A stretch of 64,000 nt of DNA from the NCBI GenBank assembly GCA_044225075.1, contig JBGAJF010000020.1, positions 951 to 64,950 on the forward strand. The letters are read 5' to 3'. Source of the stretch: Micropruina sp. (lineage in GTDB: Bacteria; Actinomycetota; Actinomycetes; Propionibacteriales; Propionibacteriaceae). The notes under the pieces are model-generated. The model searched no databases and was not told where the DNA came from. It worked only from the letters and a program-made list of their open reading frames with translations. The first letter of the stretch is position 1, and each line of letters opens with the position of its first letter. Below, in pieces: positions 48,168 through 56,866 of this stretch. A program made the position numbers and the translations under genes.

Positions 48168-48191
48168 AGCGGCGATGTTATCGTCGGGCAC

Positions 48192-48599
48192 GTGCCGTCC
48201 CGCCCCGTTCGCCGCGCCCCGCAGGCACTCGATTGGGCCGAATTAGACGAATTGGCCGAGCTGGACGTCCCGGACGCCGCCCGCCTCGCCCGCGCCGTGC
48301 GGACGCTCTGCGCCAGGATCGCCGCCGACCACCCGGGACGGACCGTCGAACTGCGGGTTCCGCCGTACGCCGCCGTCCAACTCGCCCTGGACGACGGCAG
48401 CACCCACCGCCGCGGCACCCCGCCGAATGTCGTGGAGATCGACGGCGTCACCCTGCTCGCACTGGCCACCGGACGGCTCAGCTGGGCGGACGGCCGGGCG
48501 GCGCACCGCGTCCGGGCCAGCGGCGCGCACAGCGACCTCTCCGCACTTTTCCCGCTCCCCCGCACCGCCGCCGCTCAAGGCCCTGGGACCAGACGGTGA
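48192..48599 (+). CDS. Bacterial sterol-carrier (SCP_3)-like protein
   Basis: HPGRTVELRVPPYAAVQ...HRRGTPPNVVE...LATGRLSW...SGAHSDLS; GTG 7 nt after TATCGT. Confidence 0.8.
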   Translation: MPSRPVRRAPQALDWAELDELAELDVPDAARLARAVRTLCARIAADHPGRTVELRVPPYAAVQLALDDGSTHRRGTPPNVVEIDGVTLLALATGRLSWADGRAAHRVRASGAHSDLSALFPLPRTAAAQGPGTRR

Positions 48600-48612
48600 G
48601 CCGGGGGCCGGC

Positions 48613-49950
48613 TCAGAGCGAGGGCAGCGAGGTCTTCAGCTCCCACGGGGTGACCTGGGCGCGGTAGGCCTCGTACTCGGCCCGCTTGTTGCGCAGCACG
48701 AAGTCGAAGACGTGCTCGCCGAGGGTCTCGGCGGCCAGTTCGGAGTTCTCCATCAAGGTGATGGCGGTGTCCAGCGACCGGGGCAGCGGCTTGATCCCAA
48801 GTGCCTGTCGCTGCCGTTCGGTGAGCGACCAGACGTCGTCCTCGGCACCCTCGGGTAGCTCGTAGTCGTTCTCGATCCCGGCCAGGCCGGCGCTCAGCAC
48901 CAACGCGTAGGCCAGGTACGGGTTGGCCGCCGAGTCGATCGAACGCAGCTCGACCCGGGCCGACGCGCCCTTGGACGGCTTGTACATCGGCACCCGGACG
49001 AGCGCGGACCGGTTGTTCTGGCCCCAGCAGATGTAGCGCGGCGCCTCCGACCCGCCGACCAGCCGCTTGTAGGAGTTGACCCACTGGTTGGTCACCGCCG
49101 CGATCTCGGCCGCATGCCGCAGCAGTCCGGCGATGAACTGCCGACCGATCTTGGACAGGTGATACTCGGCCGAGGCGTCGTAGAAGGCGTTGCTGTCGCC
49201 CTCGAACAGCGACAGGTGAGTGTGCATGCCCGAGCCCGGCTCGTTCTCCAACGGCTTCGGCATGAAGGACGCGAACATGTTCTGCATCGCGGCGACCTCT
49301 TTGATCACCACCCGGAAGGTCATGATGTTGTCGGCCATGGTGAGCGCATCGGCGTAGCGCAGATCGATCTCCTGCTGGCCCGGGCCGCCCTCGTGGTGGC
49401 TGAACTCGACCGAGATGCCCATCTGCTCGAGCAAGGTGATGGCGTGCCGGCGGAAGTCGGTGCCGGCGTTGGTCGTGGTGTGGTCGAAGTAGCCGGACCG
49501 GTCCACCGGAACCGGCGCCTCCCCCGGCACCAGCGGCTGCTTGAACAGGTAAAACTCGATTTCGGGGTGGGTGTAGAAGGTGAAGCCCATATCGGCCGCC
49601 TTGCGCAAGGCCCGCTTGAGCACGTAGCGCGGATCGGCGAAGGCGGGCGAGCCGTCGGGCAGCCGGATGTCGCAGAACATCCGTGCCGTGCCCTGGGTGG
49701 TCCCGCGCCAGGGCAGTAGCTGGAAGGTGGCCGGGTCGGGGTGCGCCACCATGTCAGCCTCATAGACCCGGGTGAAGCCCTGGATCGCCGAGCCGTCGAA
49801 GCCGATTCCCTCGACGAAAGCGCCCTCGAGTTCGGCGGGCGCGATCGCCACCGACTTCAGGAACCCCAGCACATCGGTGAACCAGAGCCGGACGAAGCGG
49901 ACATCGCGCTCCTCCATGGCGCGCAGCACGAATTCGGTCTGCTTATCCAT
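48613..49950 (-). CDS. glnA2: Glutamine synthetase family protein GlnA2
   Basis: MDKQTEFVLR start, FDGSAIQGF, SHHEGGPGQQE, FMPKP...GSGMH and VELRSID; next to glnE as in other actinobacteria. Confidence 0.93.
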   Translation of the reverse strand: MDKQTEFVLRAMEERDVRFVRLWFTDVLGFLKSVAIAPAELEGAFVEGIGFDGSAIQGFTRVYEADMVAHPDPATFQLLPWRGTTQGTARMFCDIRLPDGSPAFADPRYVLKRALRKAADMGFTFYTHPEIEFYLFKQPLVPGEAPVPVDRSGYFDHTTTNAGTDFRRHAITLLEQMGISVEFSHHEGGPGQQEIDLRYADALTMADNIMTFRVVIKEVAAMQNMFASFMPKPLENEPGSGMHTHLSLFEGDSNAFYDASAEYHLSKIGRQFIAGLLRHAAEIAAVTNQWVNSYKRLVGGSEAPRYICWGQNNRSALVRVPMYKPSKGASARVELRSIDSAANPYLAYALVLSAGLAGIENDYELPEGAEDDVWSLTERQRQALGIKPLPRSLDTAITLMENSELAAETLGEHVFDFVLRNKRAEYEAYRAQVTPWELKTSLPSL

Positions 49951-49974
49951 GGCGGCTAGTCTGCCGCCCGCTGT

Positions 49975-49990
49975 GTTTCAGTTGGGTTAC
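49975..49990 (-). promoter_or_regulatory. GlnR box upstream of glnA2
   Basis: Minus strand reads GTAAC-CCAACT-GAAAC. Confidence 0.75.
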
Positions 49991-50004
49991 ATCCGTCAGA
50001 TGGC

Positions 50005-50193
50005 TCACGAGCCGCTCTCGTACTCCTCGTCCTCGCGATCCCACTGCTGGTTGCGCTGCTGCACCTTCTCCAGGGCGTGGGCCGCGTCGTCGCGACTCGG
50101 ATAGGGGCCGAGCCGCTCCTCGGCCTTGCAGCCCTCATACGGTTCCACCGCGTGATCCTTCAGGCACCAATACCAACCGTCGTCGCTCACCAT
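50005..50193 (-). CDS. Small hypothetical protein typical of the actinobacterial map locus
   Basis: [11 protein letters not shown]...C...[26 protein letters not shown]; GGGAG RBS; embedded at the 3' end of shadow ORF 50005-50883. Confidence 0.7.
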   Translation of the reverse strand: MVSDDGWYWCLKDHAVEPYEGCKAEERLGPYPSRDDAAHALEKVQQRNQQWDREDEEYESGS

Positions 50194-50235
50194 CGGCTCC
50201 CTTGTCGCTCGGATGCCCCCACTATGATCGCGCCC

Positions 50236-51084
50236 GTGACCGCGATCAAGCCCTACCCGCAGACGCCCCAGCGCAGGGTGCCCGCCGGGATCGGCAGACC
50301 CCACTACGTGGGACGACCCGCGCCCGACCGCTACCGCGGCTCCGACGTCCAGACCGCCGACGTGATCGAGCGGATGCGGGTCGCCGGCCGGCTGGCCGCG
50401 CAGGCGATGCAGGTCGCCGCCGACGCGATCGCGCCCGGTGTCAGCACCGACGAACTCGACCGGGTCGCACACGAGTTCCTGTGCGACAACGGCGCCTATC
50501 CGTCCACCCTGGGCTACCGGGGCTACCCGAAGTCGGTCTGCACCTCGGTCAACGAGGTGATCTGTCACGGCATCCCCGACACCCGCCCATTGGAGGACGG
50601 CGATCTGGTGAAGATCGACGTCACCGCATTCGTGGACGGCGTCCACGGCGACAACTGCGGCACCTTCTTCTGCGGCGCAGTCGACCAAGCGTCCCGCGAT
50701 CTCACCGAGCGCACCCGAGAGGCGCTGAATCGCGCCATCAAGGCAGTCCGTCCAGGACGTCAGGTCAACGTCATCGGACGCGTTATCGAGGCCTACGCGA
50801 AGCGCTTCGGCTACGGCGTGGTCCGCGACTACACCGGCCACGGCGTCCATACCGCGTTCCACTCCGGGCTGGTCATTCCGCACTATGACGAGCCGTCGCT
50901 GACCACGGTGATCCAGCCGGGCATGACCTTCACCATCGAGCCGATGCTCACCCTGGGCGACTACCGCTCACACCTGTGGGACGACGGCTGGACGGTGGTC
51001 ACCAACGACCGCAGCCGTTGTGCCCAGTTCGAGCACTCACTGGTGGTCACCAGCGACGGCGCCGAGGTGCTCACCCTGCCCTGA
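50236..51084 (+). CDS. map: Methionine aminopeptidase type I
   Basis: [15 protein letters not shown]...HGD, GHGV, FTIEPM and QFEHS; GTG 7 nt after TATGAT. Confidence 0.95.
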   Translation: MTAIKPYPQTPQRRVPAGIGRPHYVGRPAPDRYRGSDVQTADVIERMRVAGRLAAQAMQVAADAIAPGVSTDELDRVAHEFLCDNGAYPSTLGYRGYPKSVCTSVNEVICHGIPDTRPLEDGDLVKIDVTAFVDGVHGDNCGTFFCGAVDQASRDLTERTREALNRAIKAVRPGRQVNVIGRVIEAYAKRFGYGVVRDYTGHGVHTAFHSGLVIPHYDEPSLTTVIQPGMTFTIEPMLTLGDYRSHLWDDGWTVVTNDRSRCAQFEHSLVVTSDGAEVLTLP

Positions 51085-51139
51085 CCGCGCCCCGACCCTA
51101 CGGCGGGCAGGATGGTCAGCAGTCGATAAGGAGGCCGGG

Positions 51140-52039
51140 ATGGCGCAACCGGGCTGGTATCCCGATCCGGGCGGGCAGCAGGGCATGTTCCGCTACTGGG
51201 ACGGGTCCGCGTGGACGCAGCAGCTTTCGGCGAACCCGGGCGGTGCGCCGTCCGCGCCGGGCGGCCACAACTCGGCGGCGGTCTGGGCGATCATTGCCGG
51301 CGTCGTTGTGCTGGCACTGATCGCGACGTTCGCCCTACCCTCGCTGTTCGGGCTGCTCGGCGGGGGTCCGTCGGCGTCCGCGAGCCGATCTGCGCCACCA
51401 GCACCGACCGTCTCGGCTTGGGATGAGAACAGCAGCGCGACTCCCACGCCGAGCCGCACGCCGACCCCGACGCCCTCGCGCACGCCGACCCCGACGCCGT
51501 CACCCCCGGAAACCAGCCTGCCCTGCCCGCGCTACGACCGGGCGGTGGTCAACGGGCGCCTTTACGGGGGTGGCCTCAGCGTGCCGGTGATCCGCGACTC
51601 GCGCTGGAGCGTCGACGCCGTCCGGACCATTCCCTGGGCGGTATGCGCCACCGGACTCCTGCGCCAGATCACCGAGAAGTGGGTGAGCGAGCTCATCCTG
51701 GCCGGCATCCAGCCCCACTCGATGGTCGGTTCGCTCGAGGATCAAGCGACCGCGATCGCCGACGATTCGTTGGGACGCTTCTACGACCGCAACCGGGCGC
51801 GGCTGGTGATTAAAAGCAGCAACGCGGTCAAGCTCGCGGGCCTGAACGCCTGGGAACTGCGCTATGAGGTGCGGATCGACTACCTCGGTTCCATCGTCGG
51901 CGACAACGTCAACGTGATCGTGGTGCAGCACACCGATGGCTCGCGGAGCGCTCTGCTGACCTTCGCCACCATCGGCGACACCGAAACTCAGCGCCAGCTC
52001 GACGCGAGCCGCAATGCCGTGCAGGTGGAGAAGCGCTGA
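51140..52039 (+). CDS. DUF2510 domain membrane-anchored protein
   Basis: PGWYPDPGG...RYWDGSAWT DUF2510 motif, one TM segment, TPTPSR repeat linker. Confidence 0.85.
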   Translation: MAQPGWYPDPGGQQGMFRYWDGSAWTQQLSANPGGAPSAPGGHNSAAVWAIIAGVVVLALIATFALPSLFGLLGGGPSASASRSAPPAPTVSAWDENSSATPTPSRTPTPTPSRTPTPTPSPPETSLPCPRYDRAVVNGRLYGGGLSVPVIRDSRWSVDAVRTIPWAVCATGLLRQITEKWVSELILAGIQPHSMVGSLEDQATAIADDSLGRFYDRNRARLVIKSSNAVKLAGLNAWELRYEVRIDYLGSIVGDNVNVIVVQHTDGSRSALLTFATIGDTETQRQLDASRNAVQVEKR

Positions 52040-52134
52040 TCCCGGCCGGATCCATCGGCTCAGCCGCCGCAGATTGAGCTTGTCGACTCCGATCTGAGGT
52101 GATCTCGATGCGCTCGCCCAACGGCCCTCAGCTG

Positions 52135-52149
52135 TTGGAACGATTCTCA
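52135..52149. promoter_or_regulatory. Zur/Fur-type box upstream of the methyltransferase
   Basis: Reverse strand TGAGAAT-C-GTTCCAA, 5 nt before a TATAGT -10 hexamer. Confidence 0.6.
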
Positions 52150-52192
52150 TCATCTATAGTCTCCACCGGAGTTCGACCCGGGAGGATGGCAG

Positions 52193-52915
52193 ATGAGCGA
52201 CCCCTACGCGGCGACCGCGGGCGCCTACGACCTGCTGAACGCACCCTGGCGAACCGCACAGATCGCGGCGCTGGAGCAGCTGCGTCCATGGCTGCATCCC
52301 GACGCCGGTCCAATACTGGACGTGGGCGCGGGAAGCGGGCTCAACACCGCCTGGGTACTACAGAACTGCCCCGACGCGCGGGTGCTCGCGCTCGAACCCA
52401 GCCCGGCGATGCGCTCACTGTGCCTGTCCCGGCTCGCCGGGTACGCCGATTGGCACGACCGGGTCACCCTGCGACCCGAGGACTTCTTCGCCGCACCGCT
52501 ACCGCCACGGATCGGCGGGGCGATCCTGCTGGGCATTCTGGGTCACTTCGACGCCGGCGAGCGAGCGGCCGTATTCGCCGAACTCGCCGATCGACTGCCG
52601 GACGCCGGGGCGGCTCTGATCGACCTCCAGCAACCCGAGCGGCCGGAGGACGTCCCTGCCTCCACCATGGCGAGCAGCCGGGTAGGCGAGCTGGAGTACC
52701 GGCTGATCGGCGAGGCGGCACCGCTGGGCGGCGACCGGTTGCGCTGGCGGATGACGTACCTCAGTTTGGAAGGGGAGCGAGTGCTCACCGAAGAGACCGC
52801 GGAGCACGTCTACCACCACCCCGATCCCGTGACGGTGGCCACCGAGGCAGCCTCTGTCGGGCTCCGCGCACAGCGTCTGGACGACACCACCTACTGGTTG
52901 CTTCGCCGCCCCTAG
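52193..52915 (+). CDS. Class I SAM-dependent methyltransferase
   Basis: ILDVGAGSG motif I and VLALEPS; GGAGG RBS. Confidence 0.85.
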   Translation: MSDPYAATAGAYDLLNAPWRTAQIAALEQLRPWLHPDAGPILDVGAGSGLNTAWVLQNCPDARVLALEPSPAMRSLCLSRLAGYADWHDRVTLRPEDFFAAPLPPRIGGAILLGILGHFDAGERAAVFAELADRLPDAGAALIDLQQPERPEDVPASTMASSRVGELEYRLIGEAAPLGGDRLRWRMTYLSLEGERVLTEETAEHVYHHPDPVTVATEAASVGLRAQRLDDTTYWLLRRP

Positions 52916-52955
52916 CGCCAAGGCGGGAAGGATTTGGAAACCCATGCCCGCCTAA

Positions 52956-52980
52956 ATAATAATGATAGTCATTAATTTCC
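52956..52980. promoter_or_regulatory. Zur-type box upstream of the CobW GTPase
   Basis: AT-rich island with the dyad TAATGA-TAG-TCATTA (52960-52974). Confidence 0.65.
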
Positions 52981-53092
52981 ATCTATCAGACGCCCCTCCG
53001 TCGCACAACAACGGCACCTGGGATCGCCGGTGCGACCCGGGCACCCTGCCACGTCCTGCCGGCCAGGGGCGTCCGATCGAAGGGGGTGGGCG

Positions 53093-54106
53093 ATGAACAG
53101 ACTCCCGGTGATCGCGCTCACCGGCTATCTGGGCGCGGGCAAGACCACCCTGCTCAACCACCTGTTGCGCGCCCCCGGCTCCCGGATCGGGGTCGTGGTC
53201 AACGACTTCGGCGCGATCAACGTCGACGCCACACTGGTCTCGGGGCAGGTGGACGAGCCGGCCTCGATCGCCGGCGGCTGCCTGTGCTGCCTGCCGGACG
53301 CCGGCGGCCTGGACGACGCTCTGGAGAAGCTGGCCGATCCGCGGCGCGGGTTGGACGCCGTCCTGGTCGAGGCCAGCGGGATCGCCGAGCCGGTGGCGTT
53401 GGCTCGACTGCTGCGGTTCAGTGGGGTGGACCGGGTCCGCCCGGGCGGCCTGGTGGACGTGATCAACGCCGCCGACCATCTTGAAACGGTCGATCGGGGC
53501 GGGCCGCCGCTGGCCCGCTACGCCGCCGCGACGCTGACCGTGATCAACAAGATCGACCAGGTGCCGGCGTCCGGGCGCGCCGAGCGGCTGGACCGGATCG
53601 CTACCCGGGTGCAGGCGGGCAATCCGCGCGCACACCTGGTGGCGACGACCGACGGGCGCATTGATCCGCTGCTGGTCTTCGACCCGTCCGGACAACCCGT
53701 GGCCGAGCAGCAGCCGGAGCTGGACCTGGCTCCCCCGGAGCCTGCCGATGCGCATCCGCATGCCCATGCCGATGCGGTGACGGTGACCGCCACGAACCCG
53801 GTCGATCCCGCCCGGCTATTGCGACTGCTGGAGGAACCACCGGCCGACGTCTACCGGCTCAAGGGCGGCGTCCGGGTAGCCACCGCCGGCGCCCCGCGGC
53901 GCCATCTGGTCAACCTGGTGGGCCGGCAGATCCACGTCACGGACGGAGCGCCCGCGCCCATGCCGGACGCTCTGGTGGCGATCGGCATGCACCTGGATCG
54001 CGTCACCGTCCGGGCTCGTTTGGAGGACGCGCTGGCGCCCGCCGATTCCCGTCCGACCGCCGCGGCGCTGCGCCGGTTGCTACGCTATCGCCGGCTCAGC
54101 GCCTAG
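53093..54106 (+). CDS. COG0523/CobW family GTPase (putative zinc metallochaperone)
   Basis: TGYLGAGKTT, VVNDFG, GGCLCC (GCxCC), EASG, NKID, HPHAH and YRLKG. Confidence 0.93.
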   Translation: MNRLPVIALTGYLGAGKTTLLNHLLRAPGSRIGVVVNDFGAINVDATLVSGQVDEPASIAGGCLCCLPDAGGLDDALEKLADPRRGLDAVLVEASGIAEPVALARLLRFSGVDRVRPGGLVDVINAADHLETVDRGGPPLARYAAATLTVINKIDQVPASGRAERLDRIATRVQAGNPRAHLVATTDGRIDPLLVFDPSGQPVAEQQPELDLAPPEPADAHPHAHADAVTVTATNPVDPARLLRLLEEPPADVYRLKGGVRVATAGAPRRHLVNLVGRQIHVTDGAPAPMPDALVAIGMHLDRVTVRARLEDALAPADSRPTAAALRRLLRYRRLSA

Positions 54107-54112
54107 CACTCA

Positions 54113-54885
54113 ATGACCGACCGGGCACTGCCGAGGCTGGGCACGATCGCCGGCTATCCGCGCTACCTGAGCGCCCGGATCGCCGCCTGGATCGGCAATG
54201 TGATGAGTCTGGTCGCACTGCCGGTGCTGATCTACCAACTGACCGGCAGCGCGGCCCTGACCGGGCTGCTGGCGGCGGCCGGCGCCCTGCCCTATCTGCT
54301 CCTCGGACTGCCTGCCGGGGCGCTGGCCGACCGCTGGGACAGCCGCCGCACGATGCCGGCTGGAGCACGGTGGCCGGGGTCGCGATGCTGTCGGTATCGG
54401 TCGCCCATGCGCTGGGCATGCTCACTCCCGCTCATGTGATGGTCACCGCCTTCGTGGTCGGCATGGCCTTCGTCTTCGCCGACGCCGCCTGCTTCGGTGC
54501 CCTGCCCCGGCTGGTCGGACGCGCCAACGTGGGCCGCGCGACGGCGTCCCAATCGGCGATCTACACGGTGATCAGCATCGCCGGGCCGGGCGCAGCGGGC
54601 TTGCTGATCACCCTGGTCGGCCCGGCCTGGGTGGTGGGGCTGGACGGGGTCGGCTACCTGGTGGAGGCGGTGCTGATCGCACGGCTGCCGCTGCCTCGCG
54701 TCCGCCCGAAGGCGTCCGGACGACCCAGGCTGCTGACCGACGTGGCGGAGGGCCTGCGGTTCGTCTGGCGGCACCACGTGATCCGGGTGCTGACTTTGGC
54801 CACCGTCGGGTTCGTAGCGCACGGCCCGGGCCAGTGCCGCCTCCGGGTCCCGCGTGGACCGCGTCCAGGCGGACAACACCCGTAG
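54113..54885 (+). pseudogene. MFS exporter (DHA3/EntS-like), frameshifted at ~54355 and truncated
   Basis: GLPAGALADRWDSRR in one frame; continues ALPRLVG...GPGAAG...DVAEGLRFVWRH in another and ends about half length. Confidence 0.75.
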
Positions 54886-54954
54886 CCCGGCCCGGATGCA
54901 GCGATACTGGGCGTCGCTCACCCAACGCTGATCGGCGCTCATCGGCGATGCCGC

Positions 54955-55839
54955 TCAGGCCACCGAGGCCGCGTAGATCGCCTCGCTCGTGGCCGCCAGC
55001 GTGGCGTCGAACTCGTCGTCGCTCTGCTGCGCGGTCAGACCGTCGAGCAGGGCGCGGCTGAAGCTGGCGATCAGGCCGGGGTTGCGGGCCAGCCGCTCGT
55101 TCGCCTCGTCGCGGCTGTAGCCGCCGGACAGGGCGACCACCCGGGCCACGTTCGGGTGCTCGATCAGTCGGTGTAGAAGCCGTCGACGCTCGGAATGGAC
55201 AGCTTGAGCGATCTTCTCCTCGCCCAGGACGTCCAGCCGGGACAGGATCGCGGCCTTCAGCAGCGCCTCGGCCTCCACCTTGTCGGGGGCGCCGATGTTC
55301 ACTTCGGGCTCCAGGATCGGCATCAGCCCGGCGTCCAGCACCTGGCGTCCGACCGCGAACTGCTGGTCGACGATGGCGTCGATACCGGTGGCGTTCGCGG
55401 CGTGGATCACCGAGCGCTCCTTGGTGCCGAAGACACCGAGGCCGCGGGCCTTGGCGAGCAGCCCGTCCAGGCCGGGAATGTCGCGCATCAACTGGACGTC
55501 GTCGGCCTGGTCGGCCAGGCCCTTGTCGATTTTGACGAACGGGATGATGCCCTTGCGCTGCCACAGGTAGGCGGCCACGCCCTCGCCGTCGATCTGCCGG
55601 TCGAGGGTCGCCTCGAACAGGATCGCGCCCAGGATCGTGTCGCTGGTGAAGGCGGCGCTGGTGATGATGCGGGCGCGGGCGGCCTGGATCAGGTCGTACA
55701 TCTCGGCGTCGGTTGAGTAGGCGGACTCATCGATGCCGTAGGACTTCAGAGCCTTCGGGGTGCTGCCGCCGCTCTGGTCCAGGGCGGCGATGAAGCCGTC
55801 GCCGGTTTCGAAGCGCGCGAGCATCTGCGGGTCGGACAT
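54955..55839 (-). CDS. fda: Fructose-bisphosphate aldolase class I, with a compensated double frameshift at ~55164-55210
   Basis: GFIAALDQSGGSTPKAL, ILGAILFE, PFVKIDKG, FGTKERSVI, PILEPEV, VVALSGGYSR and SFSRALL. Confidence 0.92.
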   Translation of the reverse strand: MSDPQMLARFETGDGFIAALDQSGGSTPKALKSYGIDESAYSTDAEMYDLIQAARARIITSAAFTSDTILGAILFEATLDRQIDGEGVAAYLWQRKGIIPFVKIDKGLADQADDVQLMRDIPGLDGLLAKARGLGVFGTKERSVIHAANATGIDAIVDQQFAVGRQVLDAGLMPILEPEVNIGAPDKVEAEALLKAAILSRLDVLGEEKIAQAVHSERRRLLHRLIEHPNVARVVALSGGYSRDEANERLARNPGLIASFSRALLDGLTAQQSDDEFDATLAATSEAIYAASVA

Positions 55840-55902
55840 GAACAGCCTCCTTGGTCGGCTCTCGCCGGCTCGGTCGTGGGGTCGTTACCAGGTTAACCTT
55901 AT

Positions 55903-55917
55903 CGCGAGTGATTCTCA
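55903..55917. promoter_or_regulatory. Zur/Fur-type box upstream of the class I aldolase
   Basis: Reverse strand TGAGAAT-C-ACTCGCG just upstream of a TAAGGT/TAACCT -10-like region. Confidence 0.5.
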
Positions 55918-55940
55918 TTCTTTTTCGGATGTTTTGTTGA

Positions 55941-55967
55941 CCACCCCTCCACCCCTCCACCCCTCCA
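55941..55967. repeat. 8-bp tandem repeat (CCACCCCT)x3
   Basis: Direct reading of 55941-55967. Confidence 0.85.
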
Positions 55968-55978
55968 GACCACTGAAT

Positions 55979-55993
55979 CGAGAATCATTCTCG
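55979..55993. promoter_or_regulatory. Perfect 7-1-7 Zur/Fur-type palindrome in the fda-TetR divergent region
   Basis: CGAGAAT-C-ATTCTCG. Confidence 0.65.
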
Positions 55994-56042
55994 TCAGATA
56001 GTGTGAACGCTGTTCTAATCTGTCCGCGGGACGAGATCAAGA

Positions 56043-56138
56043 CGTTGGTCGAGATCCACCATCCGTTGGTCGAGACCCACCACCCGTTGGCCGAGCTTGT
56101 CGAGACCTCACGAGGGGTTTCGACAAGCTCAACCAACG
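56043..56138. repeat. REP-like element copy 2, with a 21-bp tandem triplication of its left arm
   Basis: CGTTGG(T/C)CGAG... units at 56043, 56064 and 56085; arms GAGCTTGTCGAGACC / GGTTTCGACAAGCTCAACCAACG. Confidence 0.8.
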
Positions 56139-56167
56139 GGAGGTCGAGCCAGTAGGAAGGAGAGCCG

Positions 56168-56866
56168 GTGAGCGACACCGCCACCGCGCCGTTTCATGTC
56201 GGACTCACGCCGGACCGCGTGGTCGATGCCGCCGCGGACTTGACCCGCGAGTCACACCTGATGAGCTGGTCGATCCGCGACCTGGCGGCCCGGCTCGGGG
56301 TCGCGCCATCGGTCATTTACCACCATGTCGGCGGCAAGGATCTGCTCTGCCGTCGGGTCGTCGAGCGCGTCCTCGTCCGAATCGAACTACCGGACGCCGA
56401 ACTGCCGTGGCAGGACTGGTTCCGGACGCTGCTCCGCTCCGTCCAGCCGCTCGCCGCCGAGTATCCGGGCGTGGCGAAGTGGATGCTGATGCACGGGCCG
56501 ACGATTCCTGCCGTGCTGCCGGTGCTCGAGGCCGGGATGGCGATCCTGCGCCGCGCCGGCTTCGGTGACCACACCGTGCTCGCCTATGCGGTGCTGCTCA
56601 ACAGCGCCATGCTGACCATCTCGATGAGTGACGATCGCCTGCAGCACGAGGGGGACGGGCCCCGCGACCACGCCACCATGATGACCGAGTTCGCCCAGCT
56701 GCCGACCCAGTCCGACGACGTCCGAGCGATGGGACGTGACTTCCTGCGTCCGTTCGCCGAGGGCGGCGAAACCGCGGCCCGGATGCGCGTCGCGTACTAC
56801 CACTTCACCATCGACACCACCATCGCCGGGCTGACGTCCACCCTGACCGGAGGTACAGCACAGTGA
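56168..56866 (+). CDS. TetR/AcrR family transcriptional regulator
   Basis: WSIRDLAARLGVAPSVIYHHVGGKDLL HTH; TetR_C-like C-terminus. Confidence 0.9.
   Translation: MSDTATAPFHVGLTPDRVVDAAADLTRESHLMSWSIRDLAARLGVAPSVIYHHVGGKDLLCRRVVERVLVRIELPDAELPWQDWFRTLLRSVQPLAAEYPGVAKWMLMHGPTIPAVLPVLEAGMAILRRAGFGDHTVLAYAVLLNSAMLTISMSDDRLQHEGDGPRDHATMMTEFAQLPTQSDDVRAMGRDFLRPFAEGGETAARMRVAYYHFTIDTTIAGLTSTLTGGTAQ

Noticed and set aside
45525-48191. 1024-aa plus-strand ORF
   Set aside because: Antisense shadow of glnE; only the last 135 codons (from 48192) are a real gene
51440-51510. Repeated ACGCCGACCCCGACGCC segments
   Set aside because: They encode an ordinary TPTPSR linker in the DUF2510 protein
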